A DNA stretch of 64,000 bases, taken from assembly GCF_964355755.1 (NCBI RefSeq), contig NC_092677.1, forward strand, positions 24,601,175 through 24,665,174, written 5' to 3'. The notes under the pieces were generated by a model, which was given only the letters and a program-made list of their open reading frames with translations, was not told the origin of the DNA and ran no database searches. This document shows, piece by piece, positions 1-13,157 of the stretch. Made by a program: the position numbers and the translations under genes. How positions within the stretch are numbered: the first letter of the stretch is position 1; the number at the start of each line of letters is the position of its first letter. The stretch comes from Antedon mediterranea. Its lineage: Eukaryota; Animalia; Echinodermata.

Positions 1-50
1 CCGACAGACCGACATAGTGAACTATAGAGTCGCTTCCACGCGACTAAAAA
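1..50 (-). mobile_element. Terminus of a Helentron-associated/DINE-1-like non-autonomous element (same family as 46255-47194)
   Basis: GACC/GACA microsatellite remnant followed by atagtgaactatagagtcgcttccacgcgactaaaaa, almost identical to 47150-47194. Contains a short hairpin (agtcgc...gcgact) next to an A/T-run. Confidence 0.6.
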
Positions 51-375
51 CCATTTATAATAACTTATAAATTACTTGAAAAATCCTGGCACGGTGATGA
101 ATCACTTCGAACATAAAGTCCCAGTGCCACTGGCAGAAATTGCTATTTTAATTAACTATGTGTATTTTTTTTCAATATTTATGTCTTTTTGTTATGTAGG
201 CGTTTTTTTCTTAAAATAGTATTGTAAATCTCATATAACAATAACGACATAATATTGTTATTGTCATTTAATACCAAATGTTGATAATGTTGATATCAAC
301 TAATTTTGATTATAATATCAATTCATATGGTGCAAATACAACAGCTCTTTTAAATGTATTTGTGTTTCTTTATAG

Positions 376-459
376 CATTGGTTGCTGTTCTCGTCGCTAT
401 TGTTGGCATCGCACTATATTATTACTATTTTGCCATTAACGTTTCTGACGACCATGAAG
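376..459 (+). CDS. Gene A cassette exon TM-1 (ALVAVLVAIVGIALYYYYFAINVSDDHE)
   Basis: Acceptor tttctttatag and donor G|gtaact; 84 nt, phase 1-1, open, hydrophobic. Confidence 0.7.
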
Positions 460-847
460 GTAACTATATTTATGATTATTTGTTTTAACTACATTTAAAA
501 AATGGAAAGGAGAAATCTAAATGATGAAAGTTTTTATTATGATAATAATAGAATCACCTGTACCATTACAGCTTTCGAATTGTTGCTTTCATTGCTCACT
601 TGACTAGATTTAAATCTATATTGACACATGTTTCTTTAACGTATATATATCATTCTCACATATATAGTTTTTTTTATAAATATTTAGGTCTTTTTGTAGG
701 CTATGTTTTCTTGAAATAGTAATGTAAATCTCTTATAACATACATCATTTAATACCAAATGTTGATATCAACTAATTTTGATTATAATATCAATTAATAT
801 GATGCAAATACAACAGCTCTTTTAAATGTATTTGTGTTTCTTTATAG

Positions 848-925
848 CATTGGTTGTTGTCGTCGCTATTGTTGGCATCGCACTATATTACTATTATCCT
901 GTCATTACCGTTTCTGATCATCAAG
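848..925 (+). CDS. Gene A cassette exon TM-2 (ALVVVVAIVGIALYYYYPVITVSDHQ)
   Basis: Same splice sites as copy 1; 78 nt, phase 1-1, open. Confidence 0.7.
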
Positions 926-1686
926 GTAACTATATTTATGATTATTTGTTGTAACTACATTTAAAAAATGGAAAGGAGAAATCTAGACTCTAAATGATGG
1001 AAGTTTTTATTATGATAATAAATAGAATCAAACAATATTTATATTATATAAGGCGGTATAGTTAGGAGTTAAATTTCTCTAGTTTATCTTCATCTATCCT
1101 GATTTATTCTCGTTTATCCTCGTCGCCAATTGTAATGTTTTATATCTCTCTTCGATATACACTTTATTAACTTTCCATGAAGGAAAATAAACCTTTGTTT
1201 TTTTATGACATCACATCCGCACAGCGCAAAGTTGCATGCGAGTTTACATTATTTTCCATATGCTGCTTATACGCATATATATGCTTGTAGAATGAATGAA
1301 AACAGATATTTAAAGGTTTTGTTTTTATTTTGCAAATGAAGAAACTGATGATGAAAACAAACAATTACCTAGTATATTGCCAAGTTAGTTGTATATTGTA
1401 TTTAGATCTGTTTAAAAAAATATTAATAAAAATAACATTTATAATAACCTATAAATTACTTGAAAAATTCTGGCACGGTGTTGAATCACTTCGAACATCA
1501 AGCCCCAGTGCCACTAGCAGAAATTGCTAATTTTATTTAACTATGTGTATTTTTTTGTTTTTTCAAATATTTATGTCTTTTTGTAGGCTATGTTTTATTA
1601 AAATAGTATTGTAAATCTCATATAACAGTAACGACATAATATTGTTATACATCATTTTAATACCAAATGTTGATATTGTTGATATC

Positions 1687-2191
1687 CATATGGATCTCCG
1701 ATTAAAAATTTCCTCACACTACACTAAAGCTTAAATAATAGTGGATATTATGATTTATACTTTAACTAAATCAGAGGAAAAAATTCCCGTCAAATTATGT
1801 TTTAAAACATCTACTTAATCAAACCGCTGATAGCGTAGAGGTCGAATTTTGGTCGTATTTTTGGTGAGGCCATTATCGTTACTCAAAGGGTACATGCAAA
1901 AGATTGCCTCCCATTACACAAAAGATGAATATTCATGTCATTTTTGTTCTGATTAGTTAAAAAAAAAACGTCAAAATTATGATTTGCATAACACTAAAAA
2001 TTCAACAATGCGCGCACATTTAGATGATTTGGAATCCACCATTATCGTGAATGGCTGAATGTGTTCGCAGAAATGATATTTGTTATTTTGTAGTGCTCAA
2101 TAACTTTATAATATAGATGAAAAACAAATTGTTTTAAATTGAATTAAATTGCACTGTTTGGTTGAAAATAAAGGGAACAGAGATCCATATG
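1687..2191. mobile_element. MITE with 12-bp terminal inverted repeat CATATGGATCTC
   Basis: catatggatctc at 1687-1698 and gagatccatatg at 2180-2191. It interrupts the duplicated intron sequence that is continuous in the copy at ~290-330. Confidence 0.6.
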
Positions 2192-2253
2192 ACTATCAAT
2201 TCATATGGTGCAAATACAACAGGTCTTTTAAATGTATTTGTGTTTTTTTATAG

Positions 2254-2316
2254 ATGTCGCTACTGTTGGCATTACACTATATAACCATTTTGCCAGTCAC
2301 GTTTCTGACCATAAAG
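2254..2316 (+). CDS. Gene A cassette exon copy 3, hydrophilic variant (DVATVGITLYNHFASHVSDHK)
   Basis: Acceptor ttttatag and donor G|gtaact; 63 nt, phase 1-1, open, but the hydrophobic core is shortened and more polar. Confidence 0.55.
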
Positions 2317-2733
2317 GTAACTATATTTATGATTATTTGTTGTAACTACATTTTAAAAATGGAAAGGAGAAATCTAGACTCTAAATGATGGAAGTTTTTA
2401 TTGTGATAATAATAGGATCACCTATACCATTAGAATTGTTGCTTTCATTGCTCACTTGACTAGATTTAAAACTATATTTACATGAAAAAACCCACAATTT
2501 TTGCACATGTTTCTTTAACATATATATATCATTCTCACAGATTGTTTTTTTTTTAATATTTAGGTCTTTTTGTAGGCTATATTTTCTTGAACTAGTATTG
2601 TAAATCTCATATAGCAAACATCATTTAATACTAAATGTTGATAATGTTGATATCAACTAATTTTGAATATAATATCAATTCATATGATGCAAACACAACA
2701 GATCTTTTTAAATGTATTTGTGTTTCTTTATAG

Positions 2734-2808
2734 TATTGGTTGCTGTTCTCGTCGCTATTGTTGGCATTGCACTATATTACTCTGCAATTAACGTTTCTGA
2801 TCATAAAG
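2734..2808 (+). CDS. Gene A cassette exon TM-4 (VLVAVLVAIVGIALYYSAINVSDHK)
   Basis: Same splice sites as the other copies; 75 nt, phase 1-1, open. Confidence 0.7.
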
Positions 2809-3216
2809 GTAACTAAATTTATGATTATTTTGTAAAACTACATTTAAAAAATGGAAAGGAGAAAATCTAGACTCTAAATGATGGAAGGTTTTATTATGAT
2901 ATTAAATAATAGAATCATCTATATATACCATTACAGCATTCGAATTGTTGTTTTTATTGCTCACTTATATCATCGTATATATCATTCTCAGATTTTCTTA
3001 TCTTTTCAAATTCTTTAATTAAACATTTCAGTATTTTACCGAGAAGTTTAGAATTCACAGACACAGAACAAATTCTAAACCGCCCGGTGATATACTGAAA
3101 ATGTACCGTATATACGATGTTGATTACAATGGCCTATAAGTTGCTGCTACATCTGTTGAAATATATGTTATATGAATTGAAACACCAAGTAATTTCTGAC
3201 ATTTTCATTACTACAG

Positions 3217-6200
3217 ATCAACTTGTGATGTTAAATGTGAGCTGTAAAGGTAGAACTCTCCATCTTAAAGATGAAGATATAAAGTTGGAGATACCATCTG
3301 GAGCAATTGAAGAAGGGAAAAAAGTTAAAATATCACTAGAAAATATTTGGGAGGAAATAGACATTCCTTTATCTCATCCTCTTAACTCATTAATATCACC
3401 CGTTGTTAAATGTGGACCAGAAGGCACTATCTTCAACAAGCCCTGTTTACTGTCATTTCCACACTATGCTAGAAATGAAGAGTTTTGGGAATTCACTCTA
3501 CTTGTTAAGGATCGCATTCAAGATAAGTGGAAACGAATAGCATTGAAAAGTAATGACACAGACATAAATTTTACTTTAAACAGCGGTCTATGTTGTGTAA
3601 CCTTAAATCATTTTTGTTTTTTTTCGTTTGTGGGTCGTTTAATAAATGTTGTACAAGGAAAGAAAAGTACAATATTACTGGTTTTTGGAAAGAGAATTGA
3701 GAATCATATATATCAACTTCAAATAAGACTTTGTGGATCCGGAGATAAAACGGTAATTATTAATTTCTTATTATTATTCTATTCTAAAAACAACAACAAC
3801 AATAATAATAATATGTTTTACCTGACAACAGATGATATGTTTTTGATTAAAGGATTGTGTGTCACATAAAATTCAATCGATTGAACTCATGCAACATCAA
3901 GAGTGCAATTTGATTTATGTATTTCAGAAAATATGTAAAGAGCATGAACGACATGAGGAGTACCTTGTACGAACACCTGTAGATATACTTACTTTGTATA
4001 AAGACATGAAAATTACTGTAGCAGTACCAAACCAGGAATGGAATGTTCAAGAGGAAGAACAAGTAAGAATATTTCTTAATATGAAAAATTGTATATAAAT
4101 CAATGCCAAAAGTAACATTCAAGTAGTGTAAGCTGTCTCACTGCGGGCCAAATTAAACATTTTGAAGGGTTTATAGTCTTGATTAAGATGGAAGCAGTGT
4201 GTTACTTGAATACATTTACTTTAGAACAGTTACTGTGTTATAATAAATAATAAGTTATTTGTGCCCTACATCTAGCAAAATAAAGAGAGAAAAGGAAAGA
4301 GAAAGTAGAAGAGAAACCATCATTATCTAGGCCATAACAGTTTCTTTGTAATGTGTGACTGACGTGTATCATCACAGCCGAATCGATACATGCTTTTATA
4401 TCATGGAGGAATTAATTTAGCTTATACTTTATTTTACATTTCTATACAATAGTTTTCATAATAATTAAGAAAGATAACTGACTTATTTAGTATTTATTAA
4501 TCTTTATGAATGTTCAGTGTGTTGTATATCACATTAGAGTCACCACTCCGGGGTGCGATTTTTTTTTTCGTACATAAGTTGGGGACCCCTCATGAAACGT
4601 CACAAAATAAACATGAATAATCAGTTAAATTTGTTGTTCCGTGTGCACCCAAGCGTATAGCAACAAGAAGTGATTACACAACTGCGATACGATACTTCTA
4701 CAGTGATTCTAAGTCAATTCACGTGATTGCCTTCGCGCCACTAAGGCGCAGGATTGGTCATAGCAATAAATAGCAAACAAATAGCTGTGTAAATGCTATA
4801 CCTGATACAGCAATAATAGCAATTAATCGACAGCTAGGCAAGACATTAAACTAAGTAGTAATTCATTGGACATAGCCCAAAGAAAGCTTAGACCCACAAG
4901 AATAAAGAATGTGTATAATTTGTGTACTGTATTTTTTTAATTCTGCTATTTTATTATCAAACAGTATGCATGTACTCAAAGGAACTTTAAAAATGCGCGT
5001 ATATGAACACATGAGATGGGAAGATTTGACCCACGAGAATAAAAAATGTATTTTTGTGTAATGTTTATTGTTTAATTTTGCTGACTTATTACTCGGATTG
5101 TGTCATACCAAAGATAGTGTAACTATCTCTGGTCATACCTAACACACACACACGTCACACACACCCACACAGCTACTACTAGAATAGACATGGGTTTAGA
5201 GAGTAAATTAGGCCGAATAGTATTAATAGAAACTATAATTTTAACACGTAATTCTTTAGTAATAAATTATATTAAAAACACCATAAACTAAAGGCTGATT
5301 ATTTCGACAATCCACACAAAACGCCGCTATTCTTCTATGACATTGCACGCCGCAACAACAGCGGAGATAGGCCTAGAATCGTACCGCACTTGTGTAATCA
5401 CTTCTTGTTGCTATACGCTTGGGTGCACACGGAACAAGAAAATTTAACTGATGAATTATTCATGTTTATTTTGTGACGTTTCATGAGGGGGTCCCCAACT
5501 TATGTACGAAAAAAAAAATCGCCTCCGGGGTATACAAAACAAATACACGTTTTTAAATTAGATGCCATACGAGCATCTCAGTCTTATTTTTTCCCAAAAA
5601 AATGTCCTACATTAGGCCTAACCTATTTTCTATTCATATTTATCCACATTCCACATTCTTACATAAAAAGTATATCGGAAAATAACATAAACATAAAATA
5701 CTCTCATTCATAAATATTTATATTTTTCCATCTAACTCTCTTGGTCTTATATATAAATAAATATAAATATATGTGGATAAACACTTGTTTAGTATGGTTT
5801 AAACAATGTTCACTTTGTTAGAATTAATGAGATAACATTGAAAAGGATGATTTGACCAATACAAATATTTAGGCCTTGACATCCATCTTCTAACCGTGAT
5901 ACTGTTGGTGTTATATGGCGTATTGACTGCTCCGACAATATATAAATGACACGATTGATTGTTAATAGTGGTTGGTATGGTGTTTATTTTGCAACCCTCA
6001 GTACAAATGGTGTTGACTCCGTTTTTCTCTCTCCCCTATTTATATTGACCTCTATCTGACCTTATGGTCTACTATTATTTTGGAGGGTTACAGTATCACA
6101 CACACACACCCACACGGGCACGAATCAAATAATTTAGCTTTAGGCCTACTTCTCTTTTAAATAAATGTTTTGAATAATGTGTCAATGAAAACTTTGACAC

Positions 6201-8727
6201 TTCTGATAAACAGTACACAAAACTGAAAGTTTTAACAGTCAGAAATTACAAAAAAATAAATTAACAAATATTATTTTGTTATTCACCAAAGTAGTCAGTC
6301 TAATCACATGCAGTACCTTACTTGAAGCTGTAAAACTTTTTGATATGAGTATGATTTCTCTTTTCTAGATTATTACAACTGACTATGTATGGTCTCAAAA
6401 CCCAGAAAAGACATATTATTTAGAAAGAAATAATTCATCAACAAATACGTTTTGGGCAACAGTATTACTGTCACAAGGAGATGCAAATGCTATTCCTAAT
6501 GTGCCAATTTGTTGTAAGTATAATTTTAAACAAGAATTTAAGAAGTACAAATTATGTAGCACATAAAGTCTACATTTTGATAAAATAAAATAATATGGTT
6601 TGAAAGAATCAAAACATGCATCCTAATTAATAACCAACAACGAATTGTCTATCTAAATTTAAAGAATTATTGTATTATAAATGTTTTTTGTTACAGGTGA
6701 TATTCGGAAATCAAATTCAAATCCAGGTAAATTAAAATATTATGGTAAGTATAGGTTAAGTTGAATTTTTTTTAGTTAGCAGCGTTTTTTTAAATACTTG
6801 AATCATAGTTACACACCTTATATAAAAGTTGCCTTTCCACAGCTACTAGTTTCTAAATTCCTTATTCAAATCGAATTAAAGGGACAGTTACAACTTTTAA
6901 ATACATAAACAAATATATTTTATATTTGTTATTAGTACCGCATTACCATATATATCACGACCTTAAGATCTAATTAGTTTGAAAGCCCAGCTCATTGAAC
7001 CAGAATTAAGTGTAGCACAGGTCAAATTTAGACAAATGCGCGCAATTTGGTGATGGCTTGACACAACGTTTTATACAGCATGTGACATCTATTCCAAGTA
7101 AATACTGTACTCAAAACAAGGTTTTAAACAGTGAAAGACAATGATGATGGATGAATTGATTCCACGTTAGAAATGGTTAGGGTTGATTGTGCCAGGTAAT
7201 GTAAACAATGCTTAACTGCTTAAAGTACTACTGCTCCAGTTCAGGTTTGCGTCAGCTATGAGCATTTCGAGCAAAAAGATTTCTGCATAGCCGCGTAGAG
7301 CTTGAAAAACGAAACATTGAGATTGAGATTTTATTTGCCAGAGCCGGACCGGAGCAGATGTGAAAGACACTTAACTGTTGTTTGCCATATTTAATTGTTA
7401 ATACTGATATTCATTTCAGATCAGCATTCACCAGAAAATGTCAGGTAAGTAGTTTAATGAGTAACCAATTCTGCCAGCATCAAAACTGTTTTATATATAC
7501 AGTAACTACATAAACTATGAAAGTTTATGACTTGGATAGTGGAGAATATGTTGGGAAAAAAACTATACTTAACAAGGCGGCAGCCTAGTTAAACATAGCC
7601 GTCTCCTTCAATGAATGAAATATTCTCCACCATCCAACTACGAATAGGCTACAAAACATTCATTATTTGCTTTTTAACACACCTGTTATGAATTACGTCA
7701 ACAACCAAAATATATTCCTAGGCCTAGCTAGCTAGGCTAAGCCTAGTGTAGAAAATAAGCGACGACAAAAATGCTAGGCAACTGAAACTGATCTACAGTG
7801 TTTTTTTCTAATGATTCCACGTCTTGGAGTTGTTCCCATTAATAAATTTAAAATATCATTGATTAAATAAATTAAAGAGCTTCAAATAGCCTAACCATAT
7901 ACAAAATAAAGCTAAATAATGTCCATGAAATAAGAATAAGATAAAGTAAGTTTATGTAATACTTTACATAATAACAATTTAGTTTAATTTGTATTTAAAT
8001 TTGAGGTGCAATCAATAGTTTAAATTCAAAATAAAACATTTAAAAATATTAATGTATTACCTCAGCCTTAACAAATGTGAATAGTCATCATTTGTAATTT
8101 CTAGAGAGATTTTAAATATCATTACTTATAGTTTTACTTATATCTTTATTTCTAGCTTGAAAAACGGGATACAGTCACTGTTTGCCAAAGGTAATTTAAC
8201 CTTTTATTTATTCTTCTTCTTCTTCTTTATTGTATCAAACAAAAACAATTTCAATACAAAAGGCAGCCAAGGTATAGCCGAAGCTAATCAAGCTTGGTAC
8301 CTTTTATCTTAACTAACTTAAGCTACAAAATTTATATATATATTAAATATATTATTTTATTTAAGTCCTGAGTATTAAAAAGATGTAAAACTTTATTTTA
8401 TATAAAATTGAGGAAATATATTCTTTTCTCTTAACATAATAACAAGTCCCTAATTTTATTTTGTAAATTCAACAATCACAAATAATATTATAAAAAAAAT
8501 AACTTTAGTTATTTTTAAATCTCATCAAAATTGAGACTTTAATGTGTTTTTTTTTTATTCCAGAAAACCGTGTTTTGATAATTTGTTTTATTGTGGTCAT
8601 AGTGTCTGCATTCTTAATATATATACTGCACGATACAGTAGCAACATTTTGCAGTAGCATAGTTTTGGCTTTATCTCTGGTTACATGTGGCTATCAAGTA
8701 TATAAAAAAATAAGAGGAATAGACTGA
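3217..8727 (+). CDS. Gene A core: ZU5-UPA (UNC5/PIDD/FIIND-like) protein with C-terminal two-helix membrane anchor; exons 3217-3752, 3928-4062, 6369-6513, 6697-6726, 7420-7444, 8156-8190, 8564-8727
   Basis: ZU5 motifs LEIPSGAI, ISPVVKCGPEGTIFNKPCLLSFPHY and LNHFCFF. All seven exons have AG/GT ends with matching phases (1/0,0/0,0/1,1/1,1/2,2/1,1/stop). The last exon encodes two hydrophobic helices (VLIICFIVVIVSAFLIYIL; FCSSIVLALSLVTCGY) followed by KKIR. Confidence 0.85.
4545..5531. mobile_element. Non-autonomous DNA transposon (MITE) with ~135-bp terminal inverted repeats in a gene A intron
   Basis: 4549-4680 (gcgatttttttttttcgtacataagttggggacccctcatgaaacg...gtgattacacaa) is the near-perfect reverse complement of 5390-5530. 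Confidence 0.8.
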
Positions 8728-9810
8728 ACTACAACATGCCAATGAAAAGAATGCAAGTGCAAGCTACTAGGTTTTGCGAAACAAAAAAATACACTTTTGT
8801 TTTCATTAAGTTAAAATCTGTTTCTAATTTACCTTCCAAATGTAGGCAACAGTGACTCTAGGCTAGTATGAAATTCAAACTACTTGTTGTGTGTTTATCC
8901 TGTTTTCGTAAAATACTTTCAATAACTTACCCATGGCCATATTATAATCATATACATTCCTGAATATGGTTACTGGTCCTCATAAAAACAAATACATGAA
9001 ATGAGAATCAGCTTTAAAATACCATCACCGATTCATTGAAACTCTTACTGACTGTTAACAGTCTAGTATAAATACTAAAAATAAATAAATGTGAAGCAGT
9101 AAGATCTGATAATCGACTAGAAAGAAAAATGCCACTCTAATAGATTGAAAATATAATAATAAAAAGGAATTTTTTTATTATTGGCAACAAAGTATGTATT
9201 TAATGCTTCAAACATTTTGTAATTTAATTGTAGGCCTATATGCAGTAGAATAGCTACTGTAATATTATAGCAATTATATTTATCTGGTTTCCTTACACAA
9301 TGTTACCTTCTATGTTTATTTATTTTATTTTATTTTAAACTCTCTCAAAACAGAACTGTCATAAAAATAGAATTTCTCTTTATTTTAATAAATTAATTGT
9401 AAATGTTAATTGTGTGTGGTTTTAGTATTATATTTGTAAATAATGGTATGCATTGTTTTTCTTTGTATTAATCAACATTAAATATAACTAGAATTGGATT
9501 CGTCGATGACGAATTATAGGTGATTATTGTGAAAAAAGATAATTTTACCGACATTTAATTAAAAAAATAAATTCGCGTGTTGGTGATTTGCATAACTTTT
9601 TACATACATAGTCACTGGTTGGAGGTACACACCTAATTGGTGACAGTGGCTTAGGCTGCTTTTGTGCTTTCCTGGCAGCTAGTGACTTATATTTCTTTTG
9701 CGTTGCGTTTAATTTGTTGATTTGTATTATATTTTGTAAAATGTAGCTTTTGCCTGAATAAATAATAAATAAATAAATAACAATAAACAAATTAAAACGT
9801 TTTTATTTAT

Positions 9811-9930
9811 ATAAATAGTATGTTGAACAAATACGATGGTAATCATTTGAAATCTAAAAATGTTACCATTGATTTAAAGGGAAATGACCTTTCAGATATT
9901 GATACAGATTCACTTGGGAAGCTGATCAAC
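9811..9930 (+). pseudogene. Isolated relic of an NLR LRR repeat (NSMLNKYDGNHLKSKNVTIDLKGNDLSDIDTDSLGKLIN)
   Basis: Clear nucleotide and peptide similarity to the gene B repeat at ~27825-27945 (NSMLKKHEVKYLKLKNITIQLEDNNLSDIDTDSLVKLIN). Confidence 0.75.
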
Positions 9931-12900
9931 AAATTAAACAAAATAACAAAAAAATAACACTGTATAAGAAGCGTTAGAATGAACTAAACTATTTTTTTTA
10001 TTCGACAAGAGAGGGATATTACCATTGTTGGTAAATTCATATTGAATTGTGTAGATGTTTGGTACATTAAGGAATTGAATTGAATTTGATTAAAATTACA
10101 TTTTTTTTTAAAACATCGATCTATATTTTTTTATTTAATTAATTTTGTAGGCATAAAGATAATTCAATGCTATATCGTATAGTTGTAAATTGTTTTCATA
10201 ATTTGTAAAGAGAATGTAAAGAGTTGCTACTGTAGATTGAAGTACAAACAAATATTATTTTTACTTGTATATGACGGGTAGATTGAAAATAATATATTTG
10301 AGTAGTTTAAAAAAATACATAACAACAGCAAAACTTGAAATATTACTAAACAAACTGAATCAAGATTAAGCTGTATATGAAGAAACTGCTAATCTTGAAT
10401 TTTATAATTATTCCTAACGGCATTACGAAACTTATTTGTAAGTAACTTAAACAAGATGAGGAATATTGTTTCAGGTATGTAGGCTTACATTACCCGCATC
10501 AACGCGGCGAATGCAGTATGAATGCAAAACAAATGTTGTTTATCCTGCAATTATGCTGGATTTTTCCAACACACTTTGAACTCCATCTGCTTCAAATTTA
10601 GGCTTTTCTTTCCGCGTTATACACTTTTAGGTACAACAAATCATTTTCACTTCATTTATACACCGCTTTCTTAAATTAATTGAAATTTTAACATAAATAA
10701 ACAATTTGATCAGTTAGGTGAAATATACGATGGCGGCACGTTTTAGACTTTTGAAGCTCTAAGAGCCCAGAATATCATGTTCCTATTGTTTTTACTTTTT
10801 TTAGTCTAATAAAGATATATGCAATATCCAATGACAGTCAGCATTAAAAGTACTTATTTTTGTATTACGTGGGTGGAGAGTAGGCCTACGTATTAACACG
10901 GGGTGTAAACTTTGTCAATACGTTGGTACAACCAACAGCATCAACTTTAAACAATATATTGATTGACTGAATTTGATTTTTATGAGGAAAATCGATGATA
11001 TTGAAATGGTTCTGAAATTCCACACAGCTGCGCTTCACACATTGTACTGTTAGCCGATTTGTTTAATTGATTATAATAATAATAATAATAATAATAATGG
11101 TTTCGCATTTTCAAAGTGTACACATAACAACAATATATATACAATGTTAGTATACACTACTACGGAGATACGAATACTTTTATAGAATAACCTATACTTG
11201 CTTCCTTTCCAGGAACGTTGCCATTTATTATTTGTACATGGGCCATTGGCCTCCTGAATACAACAATGAAAATACGATAGAACTTTAAGTGTGTGTTAAA
11301 TATTTTTCTGTTTTCCCTTAAATAAATGAACTTAACGAGATTAAACGTTTTCTTTTTTACTGGACATTAATAAAAAAATAAACTTTTCTACTGTAGGAAA
11401 TTTAAATTATTGTTATACACCTTAAATAGTCTTTCCCTTTTGATGTTCTTGTCCAACATCTTTCTTCAATTTCAAGGTGAAGAACACTTCATAATCTAAA
11501 CTTAGTTTTATTTTAAATTATGGATCCGAACATTATGTATGGAATATCTCGTTTAGATTTACTAAGATACTTTAATCGGGAAAATGAACCTAGTTTTTTC
11601 AACAACAAAAAGTTGTCTTTCAATCGCTTGAACGTTTAAACTTATTTATAAAACTATTTATCATTATTATTTGTGCAAAAACTAATTAAACCCAATTGAG
11701 AGTTGATTCTTTACTTGAATAACACAACGTTTTCATTTTTTCTATTCTTTTTAATTTGTAAATTTTTGAAACGAATATAATAACACTTTGAAAGGAATCT
11801 ACTTTTGTCGGTCTGAATAATATAGGCCTATAACAATATATAATAATATTAGGTAAACCTGTCATTAATAAAGAAAATCGTCCCATGTTGAAAGGGGTTG
11901 ACATGTTTGGCCTAAAACATATCTACAAAATGTCCCCTCGTCCTCTTAAGGCACCGTTATCAAACATATAGTTTGCTCAGCTATGATTCCAGATGTTAAT
12001 GGCAATGTTAAAACGCCTAACATTTCTTATTCATAATCACAATTCCAATGACAGATTTTAACTTTAATTTTAACTGCCCTAATTTTAGAAATAAAGCGAA
12101 CTTTGAACGGAATATACGTTTAACCCATCTTAACAATAACAAATATTTCGAGTTTTTAGCAAAGTTGGAGATGATGACACCAGTTGGTTGATTTGGCACG
12201 GAATTAACCAATAAAAAAAGGGCACATAATATTGTCTATTAATCGCTTTTTTGTTATGCATAGTAATCGATCGCAAAGATAGACCAATTTAACTGACGGT
12301 GATCCCGAAACACGTCTTTCTCTGCAGTAGATACTGAGCGGTAATACACACTTTTTCTTTTGGAATTTCTCTTAGAAAGGTACTTTAAAAGGTAAGCATT
12401 ATTACATAACATCTCAGTTTTTATGTATAACAAAGAACAATAGAAACAAAGCAAATACTGTAATTTCAGATTATTAATTTGATTCTTTACAGTATCCCCG
12501 ATTTCTAACGAACGGGTGTAATTAGTATATTAGAATTAGAAGGGAATCGAGAAACAACAACACAATAGCACTGATTTTACAGCAGTCTGCAATAGAGCAA
12601 TAGGTCAGTGTCTCTGAAATCTGTAATAAAAAAAACATGCAACTCCCAACATAGGCTTTTGTAGGCTTTTACGGAAGTCGTTGTCGGCGTCGCCATCACC
12701 ATCTCAGTTTTTATGTATAACATTTGAACCAATGAATATAGATTCAGATTATGCATTTTATTCTTGAATTAACAATATATTTCTAACGAACGGGTGTAAC
12801 TAGTAGGCCTATGTTAAAATTGGAAGGGAATATTTATTTTGAAACCCAACCAACAGCAAACAAAAACATTCGCCAATAACAGGAGGGTTAAAGAACCAAA

Positions 12901-13157
12901 CAGAAATAAAACATATTTCTAAATTTAAATTTAAGAAAACCATTAAATTATTAAACAATATATTTGACTACATGAATATTAGCTTGGATAATATTAATTA
13001 TTGACGTACAAAATAATTTATTTTGTTGTTTTAGGAAGATCGACATCTACAGTAAACGGATGTGCATTTCAACGACATGTAAAACAGCGCGCCAGGGTTT
13101 TGTGAACATTTTAGGCCTTTTTAACTAAAACGAGGATTTTTAAAGATTTTAAATAAA

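Noticed and set aside
50-2960. Regularly spaced repeats as a CRISPR-like array
   Set aside because: The context is eukaryotic and the units are ~470-bp exon-plus-intron duplications without unique spacers.
3032-3086. Possible exon YFTEKFRIHRHRTNSKPP upstream of the ZU5 exon
   Set aside because: It is open only from phase 0 and hits a stop in phase 1, so it cannot follow the phase-1 TM cassettes. The homologous piece at ~15408 has an indel. Left out of the model.
10380-10760. Possible first exon (donor cag|gtatgt ~10474) and YY1-like gatggcggc as the gene B promoter
   Set aside because: Short motifs only, with no supporting homology in the window.
12408-12832. ~140-bp degenerate direct repeat as LTRs
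   Set aside because: The spacing is only ~290 bp, and there are no TG...CA ends, PBS or internal ORF. It is a simple local duplication.
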